From sequence record MW879341.1: DNA of 64,000 nt, one strand, 5' to 3'. Position 1 is the stretch's first letter. Each line of letters starts with the position of its first letter. Made by a program: the position numbers and the translations under genes. The notes beneath the pieces were generated by a model. That model did not search any database and was not told the origin of the DNA. It worked only from the letters and a program-made list of their open reading frames with translations. Below are positions 38,239-47,888 of the stretch, one piece after another.

Positions 38239-39578
38239 ACCTCTTTCTATCCTGGTATCAGACTCTACTGGACTCAGCTAAACAATGGCCTGCCGCTCAA
38301 GCTGCCATCGTTACAACGAGTTCTGTAGCCGCCGCTGGTGCTGTGGGTTTCTTACTCTGGAAACTCCCGTCCCGCCTGATTCATTTCTTTAAGACCCAAT
38401 GTACCACAAAGCTGAGTTTCTCTACAGCATCGACATCGTGGTCAAGCTATAACAGCACGCAGTACATCGCGTTCTTACGTTGGTTCTCGAAGAACAGTTG
38501 GTTCAACTGGAGTCGTGTCATCACACTCGATGGTAATGATTCCAGTAACGGTGCAGTTGGTCCAGGTGTGGGCAATCACTTCTTCGTTTTTAAACGTAGA
38601 CTGTTTGTGTTCACCATCGCTGAAGATCAAGCCAACCAATCGGGTCAGGCAAAGTATCGTATTAGTATCACCACACTGGGACGTAGTAAAGGTCCTCTCT
38701 ATAAACTGATGTCTGAGTTTATGGAGAAAGATACCCACGGTGAGATGATTACGGTCTTTGAGAATAGTAAGTCCGATTGGAACTGGGTTGCTCAAACTCA
38801 CAAACGTGACCTCAGTACGGTTATCTATCCTCCGAACATTCAGGACGAACTGATCGACCCTATCTTAAAGTTCACTGAATCCCGTGACTGGTATCTGAAG
38901 CGTGGATTGAACTATAAGGTAGCCATCTTACTATATGGTCCTCCCGGTACGGGTAAGAGTTCTTTGGCGTTGGCGATTGCCAGCCTCTTAGGTCGCAACC
39001 TCTATATCTTGAAGCCTGACGGTAGCTGCTCTTACAACGCATTGTTCCAAGGGGCAAAGGGTGGTTTGGTGTTGATGGAAGATATCGACACCTATGGCAT
39101 CTCTCGTTCTCGCGACAACAACGGTACTGATGCCAAACTGGGTGTTGTTAAGTTGAAGGAGTCGAAGAAAGAAGAGGTTGAGGCTATACCGGTTGCTCCG
39201 GGCGGTGCGTCTACCCACGACTCGCTCTCTGAGTATATGTCAGGTAGTTTGTCCGAACTGTTAAATGGTTTAGACGGCGTGTTGGGGTTAGATGATGTAG
39301 TTGTGCTGATGACAGCTAACCACCCAGAGGTTTTAGACGAAGCACTGATTCGCGATGGTCGCGTAGACCTACGTGTTGAGGTTCCGTATCTGGGTAACGC
39401 TGAGATTCACCGCTATATCCAAATGATGTTCCCTAACGAGCCGTACGACGCTACACGCGTCTTTGGGTCATTACCGGGAGCAACTGTACAGAAACAATTT
39501 AAACTCAATACAACGAGTTTGAGTGGGTTTGTTAACGCACTGCATAAAGAAGTAGAGAAAAGGGAAAAGGTAGCATAG
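38232..39578 (+). CDS. BCS1-like membrane-anchored AAA+ ATPase
   Basis: N-terminal TM, BCS1_N-like GxGxHFF...ITTLGR, WYxxRG...LLYGPPGTGKSS, MEDID, LLNGLDG, TANHPExLDxALIRDGRVD. Confidence 0.85.
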   Translation: MLDLFLSWYQTLLDSAKQWPAAQAAIVTTSSVAAAGAVGFLLWKLPSRLIHFFKTQCTTKLSFSTASTSWSSYNSTQYIAFLRWFSKNSWFNWSRVITLDGNDSSNGAVGPGVGNHFFVFKRRLFVFTIAEDQANQSGQAKYRISITTLGRSKGPLYKLMSEFMEKDTHGEMITVFENSKSDWNWVAQTHKRDLSTVIYPPNIQDELIDPILKFTESRDWYLKRGLNYKVAILLYGPPGTGKSSLALAIASLLGRNLYILKPDGSCSYNALFQGAKGGLVLMEDIDTYGISRSRDNNGTDAKLGVVKLKESKKEEVEAIPVAPGGASTHDSLSEYMSGSLSELLNGLDGVLGLDDVVVLMTANHPEVLDEALIRDGRVDLRVEVPYLGNAEIHRYIQMMFPNEPYDATRVFGSLPGATVQKQFKLNTTSLSGFVNALHKEVEKREKVA

Positions 39579-39841
39579 TGAATGTGAAAAAGATTGTAGG
39601 TGTTGCTGTTTTGTGTGCAGTGGTTACGTTTGTCCCTGTGGCAAATGCGGCTACCGTGATAATCGTAACTACGGCAGCTGCGGTGGCTTCGTCTAACGCC
39701 GCCATTGCCGCGTCTAATGCGGCACGGGTGGCAGCCCAGGCAGCAGAAGCAGAAAACACCGCACGCATCCAGCGTGAACAAACTCATCGCGCGGCTGAAC
39801 AGAATCAGTACACGCAAAAGAAACTGATCGAAAAGAAATAA
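39578..39841 (+). CDS. small exported Ala-rich protein
   Basis: Signal-peptide-like MNVKKIVGVAVLCAVVTFVPVANA, then AASNAA repeats. Confidence 0.7.
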   Translation: MNVKKIVGVAVLCAVVTFVPVANAATVIIVTTAAAVASSNAAIAASNAARVAAQAAEAENTARIQREQTHRAAEQNQYTQKKLIEKK

Positions 39842-39852
39842 GGACGACCACC

Positions 39853-40245
39853 ATGAAAAAGTTACTCATTGCCATTGCCTTCCTCCTGCCAGTAGTTGCT
39901 CAAGCCGGCACCGCAGAAACTGGCTATAACACACCAGACGCAGCGTACGTTCGTGCCTGTGTGAAGGATGCTCGCGATAAGATTAAAGTTATCGGTACGG
40001 TTTACTCTACAGCGGCAGGTTACGACTATCCTGCTGATGCCGGTAGTGTACAGCCAACCTTCCCTAAAGCCTTCCGTAACCCAGTACGCAACGAACAGTT
40101 TATCCACCCGATTGAGTTCCAACAAACCTTCGTGCGTGGTTTCTCTACTCGTGTGCGTGTGATGTATTCCAGTGCAACCAAGAACGATCCGAACAGCTGT
40201 GTGTTCCAGGGTATCGAGTTCCTTGACCAAACTGACGCAAACTAA
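39853..40245 (+). CDS. exported protein with two Cys
   Basis: Classical signal peptide MKKLLIAIAFLLPVVAQA. Confidence 0.75.
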   Translation: MKKLLIAIAFLLPVVAQAGTAETGYNTPDAAYVRACVKDARDKIKVIGTVYSTAAGYDYPADAGSVQPTFPKAFRNPVRNEQFIHPIEFQQTFVRGFSTRVRVMYSSATKNDPNSCVFQGIEFLDQTDAN

Positions 40246-40305
40246 CCCCAGCCAGTGTACCTTCGGGTACACTGGTTTCTTATGTTCTTTTTTAGGATGA
40301 CAAAC

Positions 40306-40821
40306 ATGTTCGAACTTGTATGGCGTAATCTGTTCTGGATTTTCATTGCAATGGGTTGCTTGCAGCTTATCGGTACGGTGTGTATCTTGCGCGTCGCTTA
40401 TCTGGCTAGCAATTACCGCATTAAGCGTGACAAAATCCGTGAGTTAAATCGCCTGTTGAAAGAGGTACATCTCACAGCTCCGTACTTCACTGACTACAGT
40501 AAACCTGAGCGTGCTGTAGCTGCCTTAAATAGCCTGGTAGAAAATAATTGCCACGCCTTATCTACTGTAGAGTTGTATGGGCAGTTGATGACCGTCGAAG
40601 CAGTTGACTACGCACCACATTTCGTGACGCATTTAACTGCTGGCGTGAGTGGTGCTGCCTTGCTTTATGCGCGTGACCTGCTGCTGGGCGGTAAACTCAG
40701 TAAAGCTCAGTCTACTGAGGTGATGCGTCGTCTGGATATATTCATGACCACCCGTACTACAGCTCTTTACAAAGAACTCCAACAGTTAACCAAACCTAAT
40801 AAAGGATCGAATCCATGGTAG
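40306..40821 (+). CDS. membrane-anchored hypothetical protein
   Basis: ORF 40255..40821; AGGA RBS favours 40306; N-terminal TM. Confidence 0.65.
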   Translation: MFELVWRNLFWIFIAMGCLQLIGTVCILRVAYLASNYRIKRDKIRELNRLLKEVHLTAPYFTDYSKPERAVAALNSLVENNCHALSTVELYGQLMTVEAVDYAPHFVTHLTAGVSGAALLYARDLLLGGKLSKAQSTEVMRRLDIFMTTRTTALYKELQQLTKPNKGSNPW

Positions 40822-41531
40822 AGCAAAAGGCACTTCCGTTCGACTACCCAACCCTGACTATCGCTAAGGCAGTCTATCGTTCCATTGCCAGTGCAGAAAT
40901 GCCGCCGGAAGTATTCGTTAAAGCGACGATGGATCTTTCTGCCATGGTTGGTGTGGAAACCACCGAAGAAGCAACAATCCCGGCAGTTGACTTTGTTAAC
41001 CGCCTGGCCTGTACGTACGGTCATTTCTCCCCACTGCAAACCGTAATGGCACAGCTGTTGGATAGCCCGGACTATTTCCCAGAGAACCCGGAAGATTTCA
41101 AAGTGCTGGTTGGCGCAGAGTCTGAACTGAATGAGTACCACAGTGCTCTCTTTACTTTCTGGAAACAGTTCTCGACCCACCACTACGCACACGTCGCTAT
41201 CAACCAATCCGCTAAAGCGTTCGGTGCGGCTAACTCACAGGTCTTCTCTGACGACAAGTGGCCGTGCCTGTATCATCGCGGGATGGTAGATGTTCGCCCT
41301 GACGTGAAAGGTCTGGTCGATCTGTACGATCTGTATAAACACTGGGCCGGCGTAAGTCCAGCTATTCCACCATACTCATCGACACTGTCCACCCAGGACT
41401 CGCTGATCATCGATGTTGAGAGCGGACGCTTCTTAGTGTCAGCAGCAACACTCGCCGGTCGTATCTGGTTCGAAGGCGTGTCTCAAGATCCGTCTACGCT
41501 GGGTGGTAACGCTGCACCGAAAGGCGTCTAA
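40815..41531 (+). CDS. hypothetical protein
   Basis: 238 aa, AAGGA RBS. Confidence 0.75.
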   Translation: MVEQKALPFDYPTLTIAKAVYRSIASAEMPPEVFVKATMDLSAMVGVETTEEATIPAVDFVNRLACTYGHFSPLQTVMAQLLDSPDYFPENPEDFKVLVGAESELNEYHSALFTFWKQFSTHHYAHVAINQSAKAFGAANSQVFSDDKWPCLYHRGMVDVRPDVKGLVDLYDLYKHWAGVSPAIPPYSSTLSTQDSLIIDVESGRFLVSAATLAGRIWFEGVSQDPSTLGGNAAPKGV

Positions 41532-41533
41532 CG

Positions 41534-42220
41534 ATGCGTCTTGTCGTGAAACAACCGCTGGAGCAATACCAGCGGGTTTACGGTCAGGACTACCGGCGTG
41601 TGTATATCGTGGGTGACATTCACGGACAGTTAACTAAACTACTGAAGCAGTTAGACTCGGTAGGTTTTGACTATGCTCAAGACTTGTTAATTTCCGTGGG
41701 TGACCTCATTGACCGTGGTCCAGAATCCAAAGAGATGTTGTCTTTGCTGGACGAGTCTTGGTTCATGTGCGTTCGTGGTAATCACGAAGACCTCGCCACC
41801 TCAGCCGTAGAGCAATTGGAAGATCACTCAGTTGCCTTGTGGTTGCAGAATGGCGGTACGTGGATACTGAAGACAGAGTTAGGTGAGGAACGTAATTGGT
41901 GTATCGCTCAATTGATGAAAACAGCTGACTTGCCGTTTGTCATTGAGTTGATTACCAAAGATCACCTAATCGTCATTGCACACGGTTGCTACCCTGAGCG
42001 TGAATACGAGTACGGGAAGAAGATAGACGGTTTCAAGGTGACTTGGGATCGCGACCTTTACCTTGCTCGACGCGCGGGTGACGAAAGACACACCTTCGGT
42101 GCAGATCTGTTCTTCCACGGACACAACCACGTCAAGGAAGCAGCAGTATACGGCAACCACCACTACATTGCGACAGGAGCATATGGTCCTGAACCATTTA
42201 CAATTGTGAGGGTACAATAA
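41534..42220 (+). CDS. calcineurin-like Ser/Thr protein phosphatase (lambda NinI/PphA type)
   Basis: GDIHG, GDLIDRG, RGNHE, NGGxW, HG and HGH motifs. Confidence 0.9.
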   Translation: MRLVVKQPLEQYQRVYGQDYRRVYIVGDIHGQLTKLLKQLDSVGFDYAQDLLISVGDLIDRGPESKEMLSLLDESWFMCVRGNHEDLATSAVEQLEDHSVALWLQNGGTWILKTELGEERNWCIAQLMKTADLPFVIELITKDHLIVIAHGCYPEREYEYGKKIDGFKVTWDRDLYLARRAGDERHTFGADLFFHGHNHVKEAAVYGNHHYIATGAYGPEPFTIVRVQ

Positions 42221-42684
42221 TGGGACAAAGTTTATCCGGGCGCGCTCAGCGCCTGGTTAACGGGGTATGGGAAAACCTACCCATCGAAATCGACGGTGTG
42301 CGACATGAGGATAATGTCGGGTGGCGTGAATTAGTCGGTGTGGAGAATCGCGGTCATCTGGGCTATGTCCAGTATGAGTTTCTCCTGTCCGGTGACGACG
42401 GTAATGAAGATGACTTCAAAACTGTTGAGGTTCCTGTATTCATCAAACCTCGCGGGTTCCCGCCGGAGTATGTGGAAACACTCAACATGGATGGTTACCA
42501 CGACCATCCAGAATACGAGAACGGACCAATCACTTGGTTCTTAATCGATGAGTTCCTAAACTTCCCGTTCGATCAGTTTTATCACGAAGGCTTTACAGCC
42601 CGCCAGATTATCGGCCAAGCCTGTATCGATTACTTCCAATCACTAAAAGACCAAGGTGCTGAAAGAATCGTACTTTGGTTATAA
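42220..42684 (+). CDS. hypothetical acidic protein
   Basis: 154 aa, PRGFP motif, TAATG coupling. Confidence 0.7.
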   Translation: MGQSLSGRAQRLVNGVWENLPIEIDGVRHEDNVGWRELVGVENRGHLGYVQYEFLLSGDDGNEDDFKTVEVPVFIKPRGFPPEYVETLNMDGYHDHPEYENGPITWFLIDEFLNFPFDQFYHEGFTARQIIGQACIDYFQSLKDQGAERIVLWL

Positions 42685-42696
42685 AGGAATACCACT

Positions 42697-43212
42697 ATGT
42701 TCAAGCCTGCCCTTTTGACACCATCTCAACAATTAGCACACGCCAACCTACCCTGGCCTTTCCTAGAGGAGGGTGAGCAGTATCGCTTACCTGAACCGAC
42801 GCAACGTCAGATGATCGTTAGCGCGACTATTGCACGTACTCGCGACGACTTCGAGAGTATCCGCGAGCAACTGATTCCCAAGATGGCGGTGAAGTGTACC
42901 CCTAAGGATATTTCTGACGTCATCAATTGTGGCTTCTGCCATGTATTTGCAAGGATAGTCAGTAACCGTGTGGCTGGGGCAGGTATTGAACTTAAATACA
43001 CAGGTGACCCTTTCCACGTTTGGCTCTACGACACGTTAGACGACATCAACTATGATAGCTTCTACGCTATGGGTACGTACTACCGTGACGAGTTGGATGG
43101 TGGTTATGGGTTAGGTCGTGTGGTGGATTGGGATTTAGATCGTGTGCGTGTTGAGTACCCGTTGCACGATGAACTCTACGCTGAAGTCTCGGCACTCATT
43201 AAAGGAAAGTGA
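42697..43212 (+). CDS. hypothetical protein with a possible papain-like Cys-His-Asp triad
   Basis: INCGFCHVFA...FHVWL...NYDS. Confidence 0.5.
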   Translation: MFKPALLTPSQQLAHANLPWPFLEEGEQYRLPEPTQRQMIVSATIARTRDDFESIREQLIPKMAVKCTPKDISDVINCGFCHVFARIVSNRVAGAGIELKYTGDPFHVWLYDTLDDINYDSFYAMGTYYRDELDGGYGLGRVVDWDLDRVRVEYPLHDELYAEVSALIKGK

Positions 43213-43520
43213 ATATGTCCGTTGTTACCTTCGAAGAACTGGTTGCACTCGACGTACCGAACCATGAGAGTGGTGAAAGTGTAGTGTGGACTTTAGGTGG
43301 TGGTGTAGACCTTAAACAGATTGCGTCAGTTGGTACTTTCAGTGTCGCTGATCGTTTCTCCCACGCCAACTTCAACATCCGTTTCCACCATGCTGAAAAA
43401 CAGCTGGTCGAATCATCGAACACTACGGTTGTGCGTAAGCTGCATGCCGCATTAGTTATGGTCTGGGTGAAATACAGCCGCGATCAGTCAATCAACCCAC
43501 TGTTAGACTTTAAGGAATAA
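43209..43520 (+). CDS. hypothetical protein
   Basis: 103-aa ORF in a tight operon. Confidence 0.65.
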   Translation: MNMSVVTFEELVALDVPNHESGESVVWTLGGGVDLKQIASVGTFSVADRFSHANFNIRFHHAEKQLVESSNTTVVRKLHAALVMVWVKYSRDQSINPLLDFKE

Positions 43521-43523
43521 AAG

Positions 43524-43988
43524 ATGAACTATGTATTTTGGTTAGTCGCGCCAATTGAAAACCTGCCAACCCTTACCATGCTGATGTCTGACGATGGCGA
43601 ACATCCTGTCGCTATCCCAGGTCTGGGCTTCGAAGTGGGTGTGCGTAAAGACGGCGTAATTAAGTCTGGCGCAGGTGAAGAGTATGATCATACCGGTCGC
43701 TTCATTGATGCTGAGAACCAACAGGCCGAGTGGACTAAGTCGTTGGAGTTCAACAACGCGTACATTAACCTCAGTACGTACATCCAACGTGTTCCGCATC
43801 ACATCGCACAGATGTTGGCCATTCCGTTCAACCAGAACTTCAATGAACGTGGCTTTGCTATCGTCACTGTCAACGGTCGCTGGAAACTGGTAGAACTCCA
43901 CAGCATCCTCGACAGCGAGTTGGCTAAAGAAACCTACCACTTCCACCACCATGGGGTAGCACCGGGTGAGCAACAACAACCAGAGTAA
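43524..43988 (+). CDS. hypothetical protein
   Basis: 154 aa, AAGGA RBS. Confidence 0.7.
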   Translation: MNYVFWLVAPIENLPTLTMLMSDDGEHPVAIPGLGFEVGVRKDGVIKSGAGEEYDHTGRFIDAENQQAEWTKSLEFNNAYINLSTYIQRVPHHIAQMLAIPFNQNFNERGFAIVTVNGRWKLVELHSILDSELAKETYHFHHHGVAPGEQQQPE

Positions 43989-44235
43989 CTACAGTCACAT
44001 TGCAGGTGGTCTGTATATCGTACGCACACAGGCTGGCTTCATGTCAGCCATCCATCATCGTCTTGACGCACTACACCAATCGACAAGACCTACGGAATAC
44101 CACCACAACTACCCTAAGACATATCCGTCCCTGGTGAGTATCGACGTTGGTTATCGTGGTTACGACTGCCTTGAGATTTCTTGCGCGCATCTTAATGTCG
44201 TAAAAGAAGCAATCGAAAAGAGTGAGCAACAATGA
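43966..44235 (+). CDS. hypothetical protein
   Basis: 89 aa, YPKTYPSLV motif, overlaps the thyA start. Confidence 0.6.
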   Translation: MSNNNQSNYSHIAGGLYIVRTQAGFMSAIHHRLDALHQSTRPTEYHHNYPKTYPSLVSIDVGYRGYDCLEISCAHLNVVKEAIEKSEQQ

Positions 44236-45086
44236 AACAGTATTTAGACTTAGTTCGCCGTGTAGTAAATGAAGGCGAGTGGGTAGAGAACCAGCGTACC
44301 GGTACGCGTTGCCTGACATTGATCGGTGCGACGATGGAATACGATGTTGGTAACAACGTGTTACCACTACCAACCACGCGTAAGGTTGCTTTCCGTCCTT
44401 TGGTTGCAGAACTCCTGGGTTACCTGCGTGGTCTGGATAATGCAGCAGAATTCCGTGCTCTGGGTTGTAAGACCTGGGACGCTAACGCCAATGAAAACGA
44501 AGCGTGGTTGGCTAACCCGCACCGTAAAGGTACAGACGACATGGGTCGTGTGTATGGCGTACAGGGTCGTCACTGGCGTAAACCGGACGGTAGTGAACTG
44601 GACCAACTCCAGAAGATCTACGATAACCTGAAAGCAGGTAAAGACGACCGTGGTGAAATCCTGACGTTCTGGAACCCGGGTGAGTTTGAGGAAGGTTGTC
44701 TGCGTCCGTGCATGCATACTCACCAATTCAGTCTGCTGAACGGCGTACTGTATCTGGACTCAATGCAAAGGAGTTCTGATATCCTGCTGGGGACGTGCTT
44801 TAACATGTCTCAGTGTTTTGTATTGCTGGCACTGATGGCACAGATCACTGGACACAAGCCGGGTAAGGTCAGTCATCGTAATGTGAACGTACACATCTAC
44901 GACAACCAGTACGAAGTGTTAATGGCTCAGGGTCAGTTGGATCGTGAACCTCGTCAGTCGCCTTCTCTCTGGATCAACCCAGCGATCAAAACGCTGGAAG
45001 ACGTGATGACGTGGGTGACTGTTGATGACTTCAAGGTTATCGGGTATGACCCACACGCACCAATCGTTTATCCATTCTCCGTATGA
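44232..45086 (+). CDS. thyA: thymidylate synthase
   Basis: RTGT, TWDANA, MGxVYGxQxR, catalytic RPCM, QRSSD, FN and HIYDNQ motifs. Confidence 0.95.
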   Translation: MKQYLDLVRRVVNEGEWVENQRTGTRCLTLIGATMEYDVGNNVLPLPTTRKVAFRPLVAELLGYLRGLDNAAEFRALGCKTWDANANENEAWLANPHRKGTDDMGRVYGVQGRHWRKPDGSELDQLQKIYDNLKAGKDDRGEILTFWNPGEFEEGCLRPCMHTHQFSLLNGVLYLDSMQRSSDILLGTCFNMSQCFVLLALMAQITGHKPGKVSHRNVNVHIYDNQYEVLMAQGQLDREPRQSPSLWINPAIKTLEDVMTWVTVDDFKVIGYDPHAPIVYPFSV

Positions 45087-45253
45087 CCTATCGTCGTCGA
45101 GTTAAGCAACTCTTAACAGGGGCTGGACTGGGGATACTCTCCCTGGTAAGTCTCTACATCGCAGCAACTTATCCAAATATCAGAGCAGTGACGTCTGTCG
45201 TGATGTTGGGTAGCTTTATCGCTGCTATGGTATCGTTATTAACAATTCAGTAG
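45083..45253 (+). CDS. 56-aa two-TM membrane protein (missing from the ORF track)
   Basis: ATGA overlap with the thyA stop; [56 protein letters not shown]. Confidence 0.65.
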   Translation: MTYRRRVKQLLTGAGLGILSLVSLYIAATYPNIRAVTSVVMLGSFIAAMVSLLTIQ

Positions 45254-45259
45254 GTAATC

Positions 45260-45472
45260 ATGCGTAAACTTTTACTGTTAGCACTGCTTGCTTGTAGTTC
45301 AACTGTAGTCGCTTCTGTGGACTACCCTGATGCGGGTCGGTTCACCTACTACGGACTTCCAGATACCGGCGGTAGTCGCATACTGGTGGATAATAAAACA
45401 GGGTGTGAGTACTTGGCACCCTATAGCGGCGGATACACGCTGGTTGAAGGTACCTGCAAAGTTCAGAAGTAA
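45260..45472 (+). CDS. small exported protein or lipoprotein
   Basis: MRKLLLLALLAC lipobox-like; ILVDxKTGCEYL motif. Confidence 0.7.
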   Translation: MRKLLLLALLACSSTVVASVDYPDAGRFTYYGLPDTGGSRILVDNKTGCEYLAPYSGGYTLVEGTCKVQK

Positions 45473-45474
45473 GT

Positions 45475-45495
45475 GAAATATATATTACCTCTGTG
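45475..45495 (+). promoter_or_regulatory. early-promoter-like motif containing exact TATATTAC
   Basis: GAAATATATATTACCTCTGTG; TATATTAC at 45481-45488. Confidence 0.65.
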
Positions 45496-45582
45496 TGATA
45501 GCAGGGGTAATTCCACTATGCTTGCGTATAAAAGTACAACCCGTTTCTATGCTATAGAACTTACACATTCGGAGCAACGAAA

Positions 45583-46269
45583 ATGACCGATATTGCAGAC
45601 GCGTACTGGCCTGATCACATGCAGGTGGATGACGTCATCTTTAACAAAGGCGACGATCAACTGCGTGATGAAATGGGTATGGGATATCTGGAGTTCGATG
45701 AGAAGGGTAAGATCAAAAACGTTGACGCTTCTTCGAGCTGCTACACTGACGGACCCAAAGACCCAGAAGCATTTAATAAACAGCTGGCTAACTTTACGGG
45801 GATACTCGACCTGATTGACATTGGGTTGTGTATGGTTCGTGGTCAGCTGGTCTTTGGCTATGCCGTCGGTATGCCAACTGTTTTGCAAATCCTCAACGCA
45901 CATTACCGAACTGACGGTGGTCGCCTGGAGGATAATCACACTATCACAACCCCACTGTCAGAGGAAAGCGTAGACGATTTCATTCAGATCGTTAAGCACC
46001 TGGAAGAGGCAATGTTTAAACCGCTTAACCAACCTCTGACTATGGAAGACCTGCTGCTCACCGACAACCCGCTTTATGTGGAAGGTCGCTGTGTACACGG
46101 GCCTGACTATTGGTTGGACCTCATGTCTAAGTTGCGTGAGCATTTCCAAACCGGATTCGTAGAAGATGACGACTACGGTATCGATGGGTGGTATCGCAGT
46201 TCGGCTATACACGCCCGTAGCTTCCCACCGACCAGGAGTTCACTGTGGCAGGACTCGACTACAACATAG
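45583..46269 (+). CDS. hypothetical acidic protein
   Basis: 228 aa, GGAG RBS. Confidence 0.75.
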   Translation: MTDIADAYWPDHMQVDDVIFNKGDDQLRDEMGMGYLEFDEKGKIKNVDASSSCYTDGPKDPEAFNKQLANFTGILDLIDIGLCMVRGQLVFGYAVGMPTVLQILNAHYRTDGGRLEDNHTITTPLSEESVDDFIQIVKHLEEAMFKPLNQPLTMEDLLLTDNPLYVEGRCVHGPDYWLDLMSKLREHFQTGFVEDDDYGIDGWYRSSAIHARSFPPTRSSLWQDSTTT

Positions 46270-46335
46270 TCGGTATATTGGTGGCTGCAATCGCAGCCTA
46301 CCTTCTTATTTAAAGACTCTTAAAGGTAAAACAAA

Positions 46336-47106
46336 ATGAACGAGAAAATGACTATTCCTACTGGCCTGGGTAAAACTCCTCCGGCTACCATCAGTATTGA
46401 CGTGCGCTCTGATCGCGTACACTCTGGTAAAACTACCGTCTGCCGCCTGATTGCAAAAGCACTGCGTGACGCTGGTTTGGATACACCGGAGAATCCAATC
46501 ACCATTAACAACCAGGACCAGGACCTGCCTTATAGCGCTATTGCTACGGAAGAGTTCCAGAACGTACTGGATGCTGGCCTGGACGCGTTACGCGCTAAAC
46601 AGAAAGCTAAATCTCTCCACTTCCACCTGGCAGATACCAACCTGCGCCCGCTGGCTAAGCCGTACGAGTTCACTCGCTTCCACTACGAGTTCCGTGAGCG
46701 TAATGCTCAGGGTTACTGGTCTGGTTGGAAAGGGTGCACACTGCCTGAAGTGAGTGACATGCATCGTCAGAACAATGAGTCTGGCGAGGTTCGCTTTGAA
46801 ACTCGTAGCATCTTCCAACGTGAGGGTGGTACTCAACTGCGTGTTCCTGAGAACTGGCTGTCTGGCATTATCACGGACATCAAGAACCTCAACGCGTTAG
46901 TTGAACATATCGACTATAACGATCCAGTACACGGTAAGATCCGCTCTGCGGTATCTGACCTGATTGTAAACGTATCGAGCTTCGCTGCCCCTATCTGGGT
47001 AGAGGGTGACCGTTTGCGTGACATGTTAGCCGGCAAGGTTAAAGACGGCGATTTCTTCAATCAGTGGACACTGGCAGACGATCAACCAGAACAAGGGGAC
47101 AACTAA
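46336..47106 (+). CDS. hypothetical protein with a degenerate P-loop-like N-terminus
   Basis: RVHSGKTTVCRLIAKALRDAG. Confidence 0.6.
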   Translation: MNEKMTIPTGLGKTPPATISIDVRSDRVHSGKTTVCRLIAKALRDAGLDTPENPITINNQDQDLPYSAIATEEFQNVLDAGLDALRAKQKAKSLHFHLADTNLRPLAKPYEFTRFHYEFRERNAQGYWSGWKGCTLPEVSDMHRQNNESGEVRFETRSIFQREGGTQLRVPENWLSGIITDIKNLNALVEHIDYNDPVHGKIRSAVSDLIVNVSSFAAPIWVEGDRLRDMLAGKVKDGDFFNQWTLADDQPEQGDN

Positions 47107-47888
47107 TGGATTTACGTACACTACGCAATACCATCGACGCATTGATCGAATCTGGCGTACCAGACACCACACCTGTAGTGGTGCCAATGTTTGATCACAA
47201 TAGCGGTGACGTTATTATGGTACCAGGCGAAGTATTGTCACTGGAAGTTCGTGATAATGAACACCACCATTACGATAACTCACCGTGCTGCTCTGTTAAC
47301 TACCGTACTGGCACAGTGGTAGCCATTAACACGCTGGGTAACGACGAATGGCAGAACTGGTCAAACGGAACCGAGCGCGAGATCGAACTGTCTAATGAAG
47401 ACATCGAAGCAGGTGACGAACGTAAATTGTCTGCTAAGCGCTGGGATGCTTTTATGTCAGCGCCTGCGTTCCGTGTGTTGGGCCATGCTGGACTGCACGA
47501 GCGTCCTGAGTATCCAATCTATGCACATTTCGGCATGGAGTTCTGGACCATGCATGGCGGTCGTACCCGCGATCACGAATCTAGCGTAGATGGTCGTCGT
47601 GTGGTGACTCGCTACGCTGACGTCATGATTCGTAATAACGAACTGGCTAAGGTCATGGGTGTAATTGAAGTAGTAGAAGGTGAAGTTCGTTACGGGACGG
47701 CTGAGTTCCGTGGTGAAGGTGTAGCCATGGATGTTAATAAAGAGATGGCAGAGACCATCCTTTCTAAGCCTGCATCGCTTCGCAGCGATACGGCTAAATT
47801 GTTAGCGCGTGAGTATGGGATTTGCACCCCTGTCAAACTGGTCATCGACGTAAACAAACTTAAAGGTAAAAAGAATGAAAGTAACTAA
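47106..47888 (+). CDS. hypothetical protein
   Basis: ORF 47064..47888; TAATG coupling gives start 47106. Confidence 0.7.
   Translation: MDLRTLRNTIDALIESGVPDTTPVVVPMFDHNSGDVIMVPGEVLSLEVRDNEHHHYDNSPCCSVNYRTGTVVAINTLGNDEWQNWSNGTEREIELSNEDIEAGDERKLSAKRWDAFMSAPAFRVLGHAGLHERPEYPIYAHFGMEFWTMHGGRTRDHESSVDGRRVVTRYADVMIRNNELAKVMGVIEVVEGEVRYGTAEFRGEGVAMDVNKEMAETILSKPASLRSDTAKLLAREYGICTPVKLVIDVNKLKGKKNESN

Noticed and set aside
39640-39770. Ala-rich GCN repeats as a possible VNTR
   Set aside because: The low complexity is at protein level (AASNAA) with varied codons, not a nucleotide tandem repeat.
39853-40245. RNase T1/barnase-like identity for the exported 130-aa protein
   Set aside because: Only a loose FPKAFRN resemblance; catalytic His/Glu/Arg spacing could not be matched.
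44232-45086. ThyA homolog as a base-modifying hydroxymethylase
   Set aside because: It keeps the FN (dUMP-specific Asn), QRSxD and PC motifs of ordinary thymidylate synthase, and no modification genes are adjacent.
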